Shown one piece after another: positions 1 to 9,179 of a DNA stretch of 64,000 nt. Position 1 is the first letter of the stretch. Every line of letters starts with the position of its first letter. This DNA is from a bacterium (GTDB taxonomy: Bacteria > UBA8248 > JACPRG01 > G963555815). The position numbers and the translations under genes are program-made. The DNA is taken from positions 704,001-768,000 of the forward strand of contig OZ244653.1 of assembly GCA_965218795.1 (NCBI GenBank), read 5' to 3'. The notes beneath the pieces were generated by a model. That model ran no database searches, was not told where the DNA came from, and saw nothing but the letters and a program-made list of their open reading frames with translations.

Positions 1-883
1 CCTCCCGGGCCTTTCGCACGGCCACCCGGGCGGGCAGGGCCAGCGTGCCCATTCCCATGAGGACGGCGTCGGCGTCTTCGGTCATGTACTCCTCGAAGTA
101 GGGGGAGTCGCCACCCCGGCCGAACTTGGATCGGAAATCGGCGTGGGCCTCCTCCAGGACGCCGCGGGCCCGCTTCATCCCTTCGTCGCTCTGCTTCCGC
201 ATCTCCATCAGCCAGTCTTCGTTCACCTGCGGGGCGATGGTGATGGGATTGTCGGGGTGGAGCCGGAGTTCGCCCCGGTCGTAGGGGGGCAGGTAGTCGT
301 TGACCGAATCCTGATCGGGGACCATGACCAGTTGCTGACTGTGGGTGAGGAACGCCCCGTCCGTCGCGATGGCGCAGGGCAGCATGACGCCCCGGTTTTC
401 GGCGATCCGGAAGGCCATCAGCGCGGTGTCGAGGGCCTCTTGGGCCGTGTCCACCCAGTTCAGCATCCAGCCCAGGTCGCGAACGGCCAGGGCGTCGTTG
501 TGCTCGGTACCGAAGGCTCCGGGGTCGTCAAGCGCCCGATTGCCGACCATGGCGACAACGGGCAGGCGGAGCCCGGCGGTCACGGCAAGAGCCTCCATGG
601 CGTAGAACCAGCCCACCCCGCTGCTGCCGGTGAAGACGCGGGCGCCGACGGCCGATGCATGCTTGACGATTTCGAACTGGGAATGCTCGCTCTCGGCCAC
701 GATGTAATCGGCGTCCATGTCCCCGTTGGCAATCATTTTGGCGACAAACTGCATCACCGTGTCGTACGGGCGGATGGGATACGCGGTGATCACGTCCACA
801 TCCGCCAGCCGGCAGGCGTGCGCGATGGCCTCGCTGCCGCTGATGAGCTCCTCGCGCTCAAGGACGGCGGTCTCAGGCGCCAT
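1..883 (-). CDS. 2-oxoacid:ferredoxin oxidoreductase alpha subunit, oxalate oxidoreductase-like (3' end beyond window edge)
   Basis: Not in the ORF track because there is no stop in the window. Manual translation from ATG at 883: MAPETAVLEREELISGSEAIAHACRLADVDVITAYPIRPYDTVMQ...ESEHSQ...RVFTGSSGVG...GNRALDDPGAFGTEHND. YPIRP, rather than the YPITP of PFOR, is the oxalate oxidoreductase-type motif. Confidence 0.85.
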   Translation of the reverse strand, partial: MAPETAVLEREELISGSEAIAHACRLADVDVITAYPIRPYDTVMQFVAKMIANGDMDADYIVAESEHSQFEIVKHASAVGARVFTGSSGVGWFYAMEALAVTAGLRLPVVAMVGNRALDDPGAFGTEHNDALAVRDLGWMLNWVDTAQEALDTALMAFRIAENRGVMLPCAIATDGAFLTHSQQLVMVPDQDSVNDYLPPYDRGELRLHPDNPITIAPQVNEDWLMEMRKQSDEGMKRARGVLEEAHADFRSKFGRGGDSPYFEEYMTEDADAVLMGMGTLALPARVAVRKARE

Positions 884-2018
884 GGGAGAGTCCTCCAAAG
901 ACCGGGGACAGCCCGGTCACCGGGTTGCGATTCTCGACGCGTCCGGCTTCCACGACCCCGGCGCGCCACTCCTCGTAGTCTTCCTTGTTTTCCTTGAACA
1001 TCACGAACTGGCTGTCGCGGTCGTTGAAGACCGTTTCGTTCACCATCACGATGCAGTCATTGACCGGGCAGATCTGCTCGCAGACGCCGCAGCCGCAGCA
1101 GGCCTCCATGTTGGCGTCGTAATAGTATTCGGGCGTCACGTCGAAACAGGAATCCGGACAGGCGATCCAGCACAGTGTGCATTTCGTGCACGTCTCGAAG
1201 TTGACCACGGGCCGCATGGTCCGGGTGCTCCACTTCTTGAAGTAGGGATTGCGTCCCGGCTCGTAGCCGCCTTCCTCCCCCTGGAAACCGCCCCCGACGT
1301 CGATCCCCCGGACCACCAGCCCTTCTTCCATGTTCGTCCAGCCGGGCTTGTCGAAGGAGAAAGGCTCTTCCGGATCCCCTTCGCCGGGTTTCACTTCCCT
1401 CAACCGGGCGTCCTCGAAGGAGGCATGGGCCGATTCCACCAACGCGTCATCGTTCTTGAGGTTCTCGCGGATGGACTGCTCCATCTCCGCCAGGCCGGCC
1501 AGTTGGGGGCAGAGCTTGGCCACCGCACCCAGGATGCGGGCATCGGTGTGATCGTCCTTGTAGACCCAGAGGCCGGCGAAGCTGGCCTCGCCGTCGAGGA
1601 TGCAGAGATGATAGGGAGTGTCCGTCTGATGAATGTGCGGGATCAATTCGTCGGCCGATTTCTTGGATGTGACGAGCAGGATGCCGCCCTCTTTCGTCAG
1701 TTCGTTGATGGGTTGAAGACCGTACCATCCCCAGGATTCCACGCCCTTGCAGAGCGTGTCATCGACCACGATGGAGATGTCCACCGACTTGGGCTCGTAC
1801 TGCGCGGCCACCTCCTCCAGCTCTTCCGGACTCTCCGCGATATATGCAAACTGCTTGGCCGGAATGCCGTTTCGCTCGGGCGAGTCCCCGTAGCGGCCGA
1901 ACGAGATACCGACCTTTCCGGCCTTCCGGGCGGCGAACACCAAAGCGCGACTGAGCTTTCCAGCCAGCTGTTTCTGAAAGATGCCGCGGTAGACAATCTC
2001 AACAGCGACGATACTCAT
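873..2018 (-). CDS. 2-oxoacid:ferredoxin oxidoreductase gamma/delta fusion subunit with 2x[4Fe-4S] (OorD-like)
   Basis: N-terminal gamma domain (YGDSPER) and C-terminal CTKCTLCWIACP and CCGCGVCEQICP ferredoxin motifs. Overlaps the start of the alpha gene. Confidence 0.9.
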   Translation of the reverse strand: MSIVAVEIVYRGIFQKQLAGKLSRALVFAARKAGKVGISFGRYGDSPERNGIPAKQFAYIAESPEELEEVAAQYEPKSVDISIVVDDTLCKGVESWGWYGLQPINELTKEGGILLVTSKKSADELIPHIHQTDTPYHLCILDGEASFAGLWVYKDDHTDARILGAVAKLCPQLAGLAEMEQSIRENLKNDDALVESAHASFEDARLREVKPGEGDPEEPFSFDKPGWTNMEEGLVVRGIDVGGGFQGEEGGYEPGRNPYFKKWSTRTMRPVVNFETCTKCTLCWIACPDSCFDVTPEYYYDANMEACCGCGVCEQICPVNDCIVMVNETVFNDRDSQFVMFKENKEDYEEWRAGVVEAGRVENRNPVTGLSPVFGGLSHGA

Positions 2019-2839
2019 CAGATCCTCCCCCTTTGCGTTGGTGAGTCAGGAGCAATGGATTTGCCGTGGATTCTCTTCCTCTTTTCAGGGTTCGTTGCCG
2101 TCTTTGCGGTTTTCCGGCTTGGCCGGCCGTTGGCGGAATTTTCCTGATTGTAGTTCTTGCGGACAAATTCCTCGACGGTTGCCAGATGTTCGTCCATGGC
2201 CGAGTGGGCCGTTGAGCCATCCCCCTGCTGAATGGCCTCCAAGACTTTCTGATGGCCTCTCAAGGAGAGCTTGGGCCGTCCGCCGGTTTGAAAACGGGAG
2301 TCCCGCGTCTTTCTCAACAGATCGTGAATCCCGTCGATCAATCGGAGGAACACCTGGTTGCAGGCGGCCTGCGCAATGGCGAGATGGAATTCACTGTCCG
2401 CGTCGGATCCGGCCTCTCCGCGGTCGACCATCTCGGCGTGCCGATGAACGATTCCCGCGAGGTCATCAATCTGGGATTCCGTGGCCCGCTCCGCGGCCTG
2501 TTCAGCGAGATAGGGTTCGATGAGCCTGCGGACCTCGAAGATCTCACGGATGTTGTCCTGTTCCTGCAATATGGTCAGGGCGAGAGGCTGAATCAGGTTC
2601 TCGACGTTCGCGGCCGTTACATATGTACCGCTTCCCACGCGGCTTTCGACCAGACCCAGGGACTCGAGGACGCATATCGCCTCCCTGACCGAGGCCCGGC
2701 TGACGTTGAAGGTTTCCACCAGATCCCTTTCCGGGGGGAGGCGGTCCCCGTTCTTGAGCTGGCCCTGTACGATCAGGTTTTGAACCTGGGCGACGATCCT
2801 TTCGTAGACCCGGTTCTTTTTGATCTCTTGCAGTTGCAT
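2018..2839 (-). CDS. GntR/FadR-family transcriptional regulator (GlcC/LldR/PdhR-like)
   Basis: LPPERDLVETFNVSRASVREA HTH plus FCD domain (DSEFHLAIA). ATG at 2839 is preferred over the longer ORF start. Confidence 0.9.
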   Translation of the reverse strand: MQLQEIKKNRVYERIVAQVQNLIVQGQLKNGDRLPPERDLVETFNVSRASVREAICVLESLGLVESRVGSGTYVTAANVENLIQPLALTILQEQDNIREIFEVRRLIEPYLAEQAAERATESQIDDLAGIVHRHAEMVDRGEAGSDADSEFHLAIAQAACNQVFLRLIDGIHDLLRKTRDSRFQTGGRPKLSLRGHQKVLEAIQQGDGSTAHSAMDEHLATVEEFVRKNYNQENSANGRPSRKTAKTATNPEKRKRIHGKSIAPDSPTQRGRI

Positions 2840-2892
2840 CGGACTCCGAATCCTGGCCGCGCCCCTCCGGGCGCTTATTCGTGAGGATTGCA

Positions 2893-2939
2893 AATTGGCC
2901 TGACAACTGTACTATCTTTGATTTCGAGCCGTCAGTCAA
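2893..2939 (-). promoter_or_regulatory. Putative sigma70 promoter (TTGACT-17-GATAGT) with adjacent FadR-type operator AATTGGCCTGACAACT (2893-2908)
   Basis: Imperfect palindrome resembling PdhR/LldR AATTGGT-N3-ACCAATT sites, located just downstream of the -10 box and upstream of the GntR gene. Confidence 0.5.
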
Positions 2940-3124
2940 GAAAGATTTCAGGCGGTGTCTCATTTTGAAATTTCATCCAGGGTGGCAGGTTATCGCAACC
3001 CGCCTCGCATCAGACCGCATGTATATCCGTGCGCGATTCACCTGTTGCCCGCATAAAGCGATGAGATCGAGGCAGGTGGAGCGATTCGCCATGTATACGG
3101 TCAAGAGCGGGGCTGCCATGTACC

Positions 3125-3397
3125 GTGCTGACGATACGGAAGGGAAGAAAGCCGTCAAGCCCTGCAAAGAATGCCGGGCCGGATGCTCGCCGCGTGCGCA
3201 GTGAACTGGAGAAGCTGGCTCAATATCCGGACCGGCGGGACATGGATGCGACGCGGTTACGGGGCCGCCCAGGTTTTCGGCTGCGGGCCGGCGGCTGGCG
3301 TGTCATCGACAAGCGAGACGAAGAGACCCGCGCGAGACCAATGTGCTGCGCATCGGCCCGCGTGGCGATGTCTACAAGGGGCAGGAGAGCGACATGA
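3125..3397 (+). pseudogene. RelE/ParE-family toxin, frameshifted
   Basis: The pieces KAVK-LQRMPG, RLRGRPGFRLRAGGWRVI and NVLRIGPRGDVYK lie in different frames. Confidence 0.75.
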
Positions 3398-3744
3398 CCA
3401 AACCGCAAGTCATCCTCGACGACGGCGGAAACCCGGCATTCGCCGTCATCCCATGGCGGGAGTACGAACGCTTGACGACAGCAGACGCCGAGGCGGGTCT
3501 TGAGTGACGAAGAGCTTTACGACCGCGCCACGGTCGAGGGCGAAGAGTCCTTTCCCATGATGTGGCGGACCGCCTGCTGGCGGGGGAGAACGCCGTCAGG
3601 GTATACCGTGATCATCGTGGAATGACCCAGAAACAACTGGCCGAGGCCGCCGGCATCAACGCGATCTATTTTTCGCAGATCGAAAGGGGCCGACGCACCG
3701 GCTCGGCCAGGACCCTGGTCGCCATTGCCGAGGCCTTGATCTGA
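3394..3744 (+). pseudogene. Xre/HigA-like antitoxin, frameshifted
   Basis: MTKPQVILDDGGNPAFAVIPWREYERL, LSDEELYD...EESFP and DVADRLLAGENAVRVYRDHRGMTQKQLAEAAGI (HTH) lie in different frames. Confidence 0.75.
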
Positions 3745-3765
3745 GGGGGGACTCGACCCCTGCCC

Positions 3766-3792
3766 GCCATTCCCGCGCAGGCGGGAATCCAG
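3766..3792 (+). repeat. REP/dRS3-like palindrome (ATTCCC-N8-GGGAAT core), copy 1
   Basis: gccATTCCCgcgcaggcGGGAATccag; eight related copies in the window. Confidence 0.85.
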
Positions 3793-3812
3793 CAAGAGCC
3801 GTGCTCTCGCCC

Positions 3813-3851
3813 AAACAAAAAGCCCCGGCGGAACTTCCCCTCCACCGGGGC
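3813..3851 (-). terminator. Intrinsic terminator
   Basis: GCCCCGGUGGA-GGGGAAGU-UCCGCCGGGGC (11-bp stem) followed by UUUUUGUUU. Confidence 0.8.
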
Positions 3852-3918
3852 CTTCGGTTCAGGCCATGGACCGGCCTTTCTCTCATGTCTCCGGTCCCAC
3901 GTACTTTTGCTCAACTTA
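3813..3918 (-). ncRNA. Candidate ~105-nt small RNA (unclassified)
   Basis: Bounded by a near-consensus promoter and a strong intrinsic terminator. Internal hairpin GGACCGG/CCGGTCC. Confidence 0.5.
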
Positions 3919-3924
3919 CGCAGT

Positions 3925-3980
3925 AGTATGGACCCTCTGCCACAACCTGTCAAGGGGATTTTTCGTTTTTATTTTGTTTT
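3925..3980 (-). promoter_or_regulatory. Sigma70-type promoter with A-tract UP element
   Basis: TTGACA (3953-3948), 17-nt spacer, CATACT (3930-3925), with AAAACAAAATAAAAACGAAAAA upstream. Confidence 0.7.
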
Positions 3981-4042
3981 TCAGAGTTTCGAGCGATCAA
4001 AAAAAATCCGTCAGGGTGTACCAAAACCGGAGACCCGCCCCA

Positions 4043-4122
4043 TGGATTCCTGCCTGCGCAGGAATGACAGACATGCGCTCTTGGACCTCCCAACCCGTCA
4101 TCCCCGCGGAAGCGGGAATTCA
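4043..4122. repeat. Two REP/dRS3-like palindromes (4043-4068 reverse, 4097-4122 forward)
   Basis: tggattcctgcctgcgcaggaatgac and gtcatccccgcggaagcgggaattca. Confidence 0.8.
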
Positions 4123-4171
4123 CCCCGCGCAGTACGCCAGGGGGTCGCAACGGCGAGGCGTTGGTTCCGCG

Positions 4172-4684
4172 CTACGCCGTCAATTGGTACGCGTCGATTC
4201 GACGATAATCGAATTTGTCGGGCGTCCAAGCTGCAAAAAGATAAGTGTCGCCAGTTTGGGTGTGGTCGCACTTGCAAATATATTTCGCAAACTCTTCAAA
4301 CTTATCGTCATTCGGCGACCAATACTTACTGTCAAACACCATTACCCGGACATCCGCACGTGCCAGTAGGAGCTTTTGAAAATCAGAGTAGATGTGTTTC
4401 TTGCTATCCCATTCGCATTCCGCAACCAGAGGAACTTTTCTCAAGTAATCGTCATCGTACTTCAAGCAAGTGACGTCATAGAGCCATTCGCCGTCTTCAG
4501 CAACGCCGGCCACGCCTTTCGCACAGAAATGGAAATTGGGATTGCATGCCTTACATGCATTACACAGGGTGGTCGTTACCTCCTTTGTCCAGATGGCTTT
4601 CCCAGCATTCCCCAATGCCGGCTTGCTGAAGAGGGCATCGAGAGCAGCACGGACCTCACTTATGATTTTGTCCTTGTCGGGCAT
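4172..4684 (-). CDS. Hypothetical 170-aa protein, possible PD-(D/E)xK-like nuclease fold; lower GC than its flanks
   Basis: RBS GGAAGGAG before ATG at 4684. Motif EWLYD...LVAECEW...DFQKLL..RADVRVMVF. Confidence 0.65.
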   Translation of the reverse strand: MPDKDKIISEVRAALDALFSKPALGNAGKAIWTKEVTTTLCNACKACNPNFHFCAKGVAGVAEDGEWLYDVTCLKYDDDYLRKVPLVAECEWDSKKHIYSDFQKLLLARADVRVMVFDSKYWSPNDDKFEEFAKYICKCDHTQTGDTYLFAAWTPDKFDYRRIDAYQLTA

Positions 4685-4729
4685 ACGGATTCTCCTTCCG
4701 TGTGAAAGCCGTTTTTTGTCCGGCAGTCC

Positions 4730-4832
4730 CCATCTGGCGCCGGTACGCCGACGCGTAAGGAGAATGAGTTTTTGCCATCTGAACACCTCCTGTGCACAGT
4801 CTGAAGGTGTCCACCGTATTGGGGCAACTCCA
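4730..4832 (-). mobile_element. IS3-family left-end relic (terminal IR plus first ~16 codons of orfA)
   Basis: The minus strand reads TGGAGTTGCCCCAATACGGTGGACACC (IS3-type TG...CCCC...GGACAC end), then GGAGG and ATG at 4778 giving MAKTHSPYASAYRRQM, after which the similarity stops. Confidence 0.7.
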
Positions 4833-5152
4833 CGGGCTAACCGTTGGAGACGCAACAGTTTGCACCACCCGGTCAGTCGAGCGGAACGGAAGGACGATGC
4901 GGACGCCGGGCGGCGCTTGTTCATCACACCTAACGCGCCATCCACTTGACCCATCCTCGCCGATACGCCAACATTCCAACTTGCAGATTCCAAATGCCGG
5001 CCCCGGAAATGCGCCGGTCCGGCCTCGATGGATTGGCGCGGCAACAGGATGCGTCGAGAATCCTGCTTGAGGCCGGCCGGGATGTTTTTCGTCATCGAAA
5101 GAAACGGCGTTCCGTCCGGAGAATGAGGAATGCGCAGGAGGGGAAGGCGCCC

Positions 5153-7219
5153 ATGCGGTTCGCGGTAGATACGGGGGGCACATTCACCGACTTGGTCCTC
5201 GAGGATGAGCAAGGCGCCCTCCACATGTTCAAGGCCCCCACGACGCCCCACGACCCGGTCGAAGGGATCCTGAATGCGGTGGGTGCGGCGGCGGAAAGCC
5301 TGTCCATGACGCCGAAGAGTCTGCTCGGCGGGGGAGACATCTTCATCCACGGGACCACGCACGCCATCAATGCCGTTGTCACCGGGAACACGGCGAAGAC
5401 CGCTTTTTTGACCACCCGGGGCCACCCCGATATCCTGGTCCTCCGCGAAGGGGGCCGCATCGAGCCGTTCAACTTTCTGGTCCCCTTCCCGAAGCCCTAT
5501 ATCCCCCGGTCGCTGACGTTCGAGCTGCCGGAACGGGTTCGCTCGGACGGGCGGGTCGTGGAACCGCTGGATGAGGACGCCACAATCGGGATCCTCCGGC
5601 GGTTGAATAAGCTCAAGGCAGAGTCCGTCGCGGTCTGTCTTCTCTGGTCAACGGTCAATCCGGTCCATGAGAAGCGGGTCGGAAAACTTCTCGAAACGCA
5701 CCTCCCCGACGTCCCCTTCACCCTCTCGCACGTTTTGAACCCCATCCTTCGCGAGTACCGGCGCGCCTCATCCGCCTGCATCGACGCATCGCTCAAGCCG
5801 CTCATGTCGAGCTACCTGAAGGGGCTCGCGCAACGTCTTCGTTCTTCGGGATTCAGAGGGCGGCTGCTCATGCTGACCTCGCAGGGCGGCGTGCTGGACG
5901 CGGCCGAGATGACGGAAGCGCCCATTCATGCCATCGGATCGGGACCTTCCATGGCGCCCATCGCCGGCCGCGAGTACGCGAGAAGCGACGCCAAGGCCGA
6001 TACCGCCATCGTTGCGGATACGGGCGGGACCACTTTCGACATCAGCCTCGTGCGCCGTGACAAGATCCCGATGACGCCGGAGATGTGGCTGGGCCAGCGG
6101 TACCGGGGCCACATCCTCGGCTTTCCCTCCGTGGACGTCCGGAGCATCGGCGCGGGCGGGGGAAGTATCGCTTGGGTGGACGAAGGCGGATTGCTTCACG
6201 TCGGTCCCATCAGCGCCGGCGCGGTTCCGGGCCCGGCCTGCTACGGGAAGGGGGGTGACCGGCCCACCGTGACGGACGCCGCCCTGGTGCTCGGTTACAT
6301 CGACCCGGCCTACTTTCTGGGCGGAACCATGGCGTTGGAGGCGGGGCGCGCGGCCCAGGCCATCGAGAGCGATGTGGGGACCCCTTTGGGGTTGAGCCTG
6401 CAGGAGGCGGCATGGGCCATTCTGCGTCTGGCCACGGAGAACATGGTCAGCGCGATTGAGGAGATCACCATCAACCAGGGGATCGATCCTCGAGGGTCGG
6501 TGCTCGTGGGCGGAGGCGGCGCGGCCGGTTTGAACTCGGTGGCGATCGCGCGCAGGCTCGGCTGCGGAAGCCTTGTCATCCCGGAGGTCGGCGCGGCGCT
6601 GTCCGCGGCGGGCGCGCTGATGTCCGACCTTCAGGCGGATTACCGGGCGCTTCATTACGCGTCGACGGACAAATTCGATTTCGACGGGGTGAACAGCGTC
6701 CTGAAGTCTCTCGTGGAACGGTGCCGGGCCTTTGTGAAGGGGCCCGGACAGGGGGCCGCGGACCACAGCATCGACATCTATGCCGAGGCCCGCTACCGGC
6801 ATCAAATCTGGGAAATCGATCTCCCCTTGCAGGTGGCCCGATTCAAATCGAAGCGGGATATGGACCGGGTGCGGGAGGATTTCGATCAGGTTCACGAGGA
6901 GGTCTTTGCCTTTCGCGACCCGGGTTCGGACGTGGAGTTCGTCGGCTGGCGCGCCACTGTTCGCTGCAACCTGCGGGAGGGCGCCCTGGGCCGCCTCGGC
7001 CATGAGAAGGCGTTTGAAGTAAAGGTGCCGACCAGCCGGAAGGCCTTCTTCGAAGGAAGGGGGGCGGTCAAAACCCAAGTCGAGTTGTTCGAGACCATGA
7101 GACGAAACCGGCCGCTCAAGGGGCCGGCCATCATCGAATCACCCTTCACGACCGTGGTGATTGACCCGGGCGCGACGGTGGTCCGTAAAAAGAGCGGAAC
7201 CCTGGTGATTACCCCTTAG
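5153..7219 (+). CDS. hyuA: Hydantoinase/oxoprolinase family subunit A
   Basis: DTGGTFTD, HGTT, SGP, DTGGTTFD, IGAGGGSIA and GAVPGPACYG motifs. Confidence 0.92.
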   Translation: MRFAVDTGGTFTDLVLEDEQGALHMFKAPTTPHDPVEGILNAVGAAAESLSMTPKSLLGGGDIFIHGTTHAINAVVTGNTAKTAFLTTRGHPDILVLREGGRIEPFNFLVPFPKPYIPRSLTFELPERVRSDGRVVEPLDEDATIGILRRLNKLKAESVAVCLLWSTVNPVHEKRVGKLLETHLPDVPFTLSHVLNPILREYRRASSACIDASLKPLMSSYLKGLAQRLRSSGFRGRLLMLTSQGGVLDAAEMTEAPIHAIGSGPSMAPIAGREYARSDAKADTAIVADTGGTTFDISLVRRDKIPMTPEMWLGQRYRGHILGFPSVDVRSIGAGGGSIAWVDEGGLLHVGPISAGAVPGPACYGKGGDRPTVTDAALVLGYIDPAYFLGGTMALEAGRAAQAIESDVGTPLGLSLQEAAWAILRLATENMVSAIEEITINQGIDPRGSVLVGGGGAAGLNSVAIARRLGCGSLVIPEVGAALSAAGALMSDLQADYRALHYASTDKFDFDGVNSVLKSLVERCRAFVKGPGQGAADHSIDIYAEARYRHQIWEIDLPLQVARFKSKRDMDRVREDFDQVHEEVFAFRDPGSDVEFVGWRATVRCNLREGALGRLGHEKAFEVKVPTSRKAFFEGRGAVKTQVELFETMRRNRPLKGPAIIESPFTTVVIDPGATVVRKKSGTLVITP

Positions 7220-7291
7220 CGGGCAGGCGGTCGCCAAGGGCGTTTGAGTCAATCGGCTCACAAAGGCGCATCAAGAGAGGATTGAGGGACC

Positions 7292-9160
7292 ATGCCGAAG
7301 ACCCGAAAGACGAAGGGCTTCCCACAATCGGGCCGTCTCCGCGGGAAGCGCCCGCCGAAGCTTGATCCCGTGACGCTGGCCGTCCTGAGCAAGCGGTTCG
7401 ATGCCGTCACGACCAAGATGGCGAACACCCTGTTCCGGACGGGACGGTCGGGCGTGCTCAATCTCGCCAAGGATTTCTCGACGAGCATCGTCACGCGGGA
7501 CTGCGAGCTCCTGACCGGCGCGGAGACCCTCCCCATCCACGTATTGAGTGGCGCCGACCTCATGGCCCGCGCCATGATGGACCTGCATCCCAACCTCAAG
7601 CGGGGGGACGCCTTCTTGCACAATTCGCCCTACCACGGCTGCTCTCACCCCGCCGACCACACGATCCTCGTCCCGGTCATCGATGAGAAAGGAACGCACC
7701 ATTTCACCGTTTGGGTGAAGGCCCACCAGGCGGATTGCGGCAATTCACAGCCGACCACGTACATGGGGCACGCCCGGGACGTCTACGAGGAAGGAGCGCT
7801 CATCTTCCCCGCCGTCAAAGTGGAAGAGGACTATCAGGAGCTGACGGACATCGTCCGCATGTGCGAAATGCGCATCCGAGTGCCCGAGCAGTGGAGGGGG
7901 GATTTCCTGGCCATGGTCGGCGCGGCCCGGATCGGCGAGCGGGAAATCCTCGGCATGGCCGAGGAGTACGGCTGGGAGACGCTCCATGCGTTCGCGGCCC
8001 AGTGGTTCGATTACAGCGAGAAGGTGATGCGCGCGGCGATCCGGAAGCTGCCGAGCGGCGAGGCCACGGCGGTCAGCGTTCATGACCCGGTGCCCGGAAC
8101 GCCCCCGGAGGGTATTCCCATCAAGGTCAAGGTGAAGATCGACAACCGGGCCGGGATGATCGAGACCGACCTGACGGATAACCCGGACGCCATGCCCTGC
8201 GGGTTGAACCTGAGCGAGGCCTGCGCGCGTACGGCGGCCATGATCGCCATCTTCAACAGCATCGAGGACGATGTCCCGACAAACGCCGGAAGCTTCCGCC
8301 GGATCCGGATTCACATCCGGGAGGGTTGTGTGGCGGGCGGAGCCAGACATCCCACCAGCATGTCGGTGGCCACGACCAACCTGGCCGACAGGGTGACGTG
8401 TCCGGTCCAGCGGGCCTTTTCCATGATTCAGGACGGCCTCGGCCTGGCGGAGTGCGGCGCCTTCTTCCCCGCGTCCATGGGGGTCATCTCCGGGTTTGAC
8501 CCGCGCAACGAGAACGCCCCCTTCGTGAACCAGATATTCATGTTCGACACCGGCGGGGCGGGCGCCGCCAAAACGGACGCCTGGCTGACCATCTGCCACG
8601 CGGGCAATTCGGGCCTCTGCTTTCTGGACAGCGTGGAGCTCGATGAACTGCATTTTCCGATCCTCGTGAATACCCGGAGACTTGTGCCTGACACGGAAGG
8701 AGCGGGCCGCACCATCGGCGCGCCGTCGGGCCTGTGCGAGTACGGCCCTGTGGGGGGCGGGGAACTGGAGGTCAATTATATTTCCGACGGCGCCGTTAAC
8801 AACGCCAAGGGAACGCTCGGAGGCTGGAAGGGGGCCAAGCCGAGAAATTTCCGACGGGTCCCCGGAAAGAAGAAGCCGGTCCCGCTGCCGGCCTGCGCCA
8901 ACATCATTCTGGCTCCGAAGGAAACGGTCATTTCCTACACCGCGGGTGGAGGGGGCTACGGCCCGCCCCATGAGCGCGCGGTCGAAAAGGTGCAGTACGA
9001 CGTAGTGGAAGGCTGGATTACCCGGAAGCGGGCGGAAGAAGTCTATGGGGTCGTTCTGGACCGGGCGGGGAACGTGGACGAAGCCGCAACCGCCCGAAAG
9101 CGAAGGGCATTGGCCCGCAGGAAAACTCGACAGCCCAACGGAAGGGAGAGGGGTTCGTGA
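7292..9160 (+). CDS. hyuB: Hydantoinase B/oxoprolinase family subunit
   Basis: NSPYHGCSHPAD, AHQADCG and AGGGGYGPP motifs. Confidence 0.92.
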   Translation: MPKTRKTKGFPQSGRLRGKRPPKLDPVTLAVLSKRFDAVTTKMANTLFRTGRSGVLNLAKDFSTSIVTRDCELLTGAETLPIHVLSGADLMARAMMDLHPNLKRGDAFLHNSPYHGCSHPADHTILVPVIDEKGTHHFTVWVKAHQADCGNSQPTTYMGHARDVYEEGALIFPAVKVEEDYQELTDIVRMCEMRIRVPEQWRGDFLAMVGAARIGEREILGMAEEYGWETLHAFAAQWFDYSEKVMRAAIRKLPSGEATAVSVHDPVPGTPPEGIPIKVKVKIDNRAGMIETDLTDNPDAMPCGLNLSEACARTAAMIAIFNSIEDDVPTNAGSFRRIRIHIREGCVAGGARHPTSMSVATTNLADRVTCPVQRAFSMIQDGLGLAECGAFFPASMGVISGFDPRNENAPFVNQIFMFDTGGAGAAKTDAWLTICHAGNSGLCFLDSVELDELHFPILVNTRRLVPDTEGAGRTIGAPSGLCEYGPVGGGELEVNYISDGAVNNAKGTLGGWKGAKPRNFRRVPGKKKPVPLPACANIILAPKETVISYTAGGGGYGPPHERAVEKVQYDVVEGWITRKRAEEVYGVVLDRAGNVDEAATARKRRALARRKTRQPNGRERGS

Positions 9161-9179
9161 GCGGAGAAGGAGTTGAATC

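Noticed and set aside
143-2147. Long plus-strand ORFs (284 and 476 aa) and many similar antisense ORFs across the window (e.g. 7745-9211, 14347-16185, 47565-49850)
   Set aside because: Shadow frames opposite well-supported genes, typical of high-GC DNA; no motifs.
3656-3886. 76-aa ORF starting inside the candidate sRNA
   Set aside because: It runs through the terminator and a REP repeat into antisense antitoxin sequence, and the RBS spacing is poor. A leader-peptide role is not excluded.
4685-5425. N-terminal extension making the 4172-5425 ORF 417 aa
   Set aside because: It overlaps hyuA antisense and the IS relic. The RBS and composition shift point to a start at 4684.
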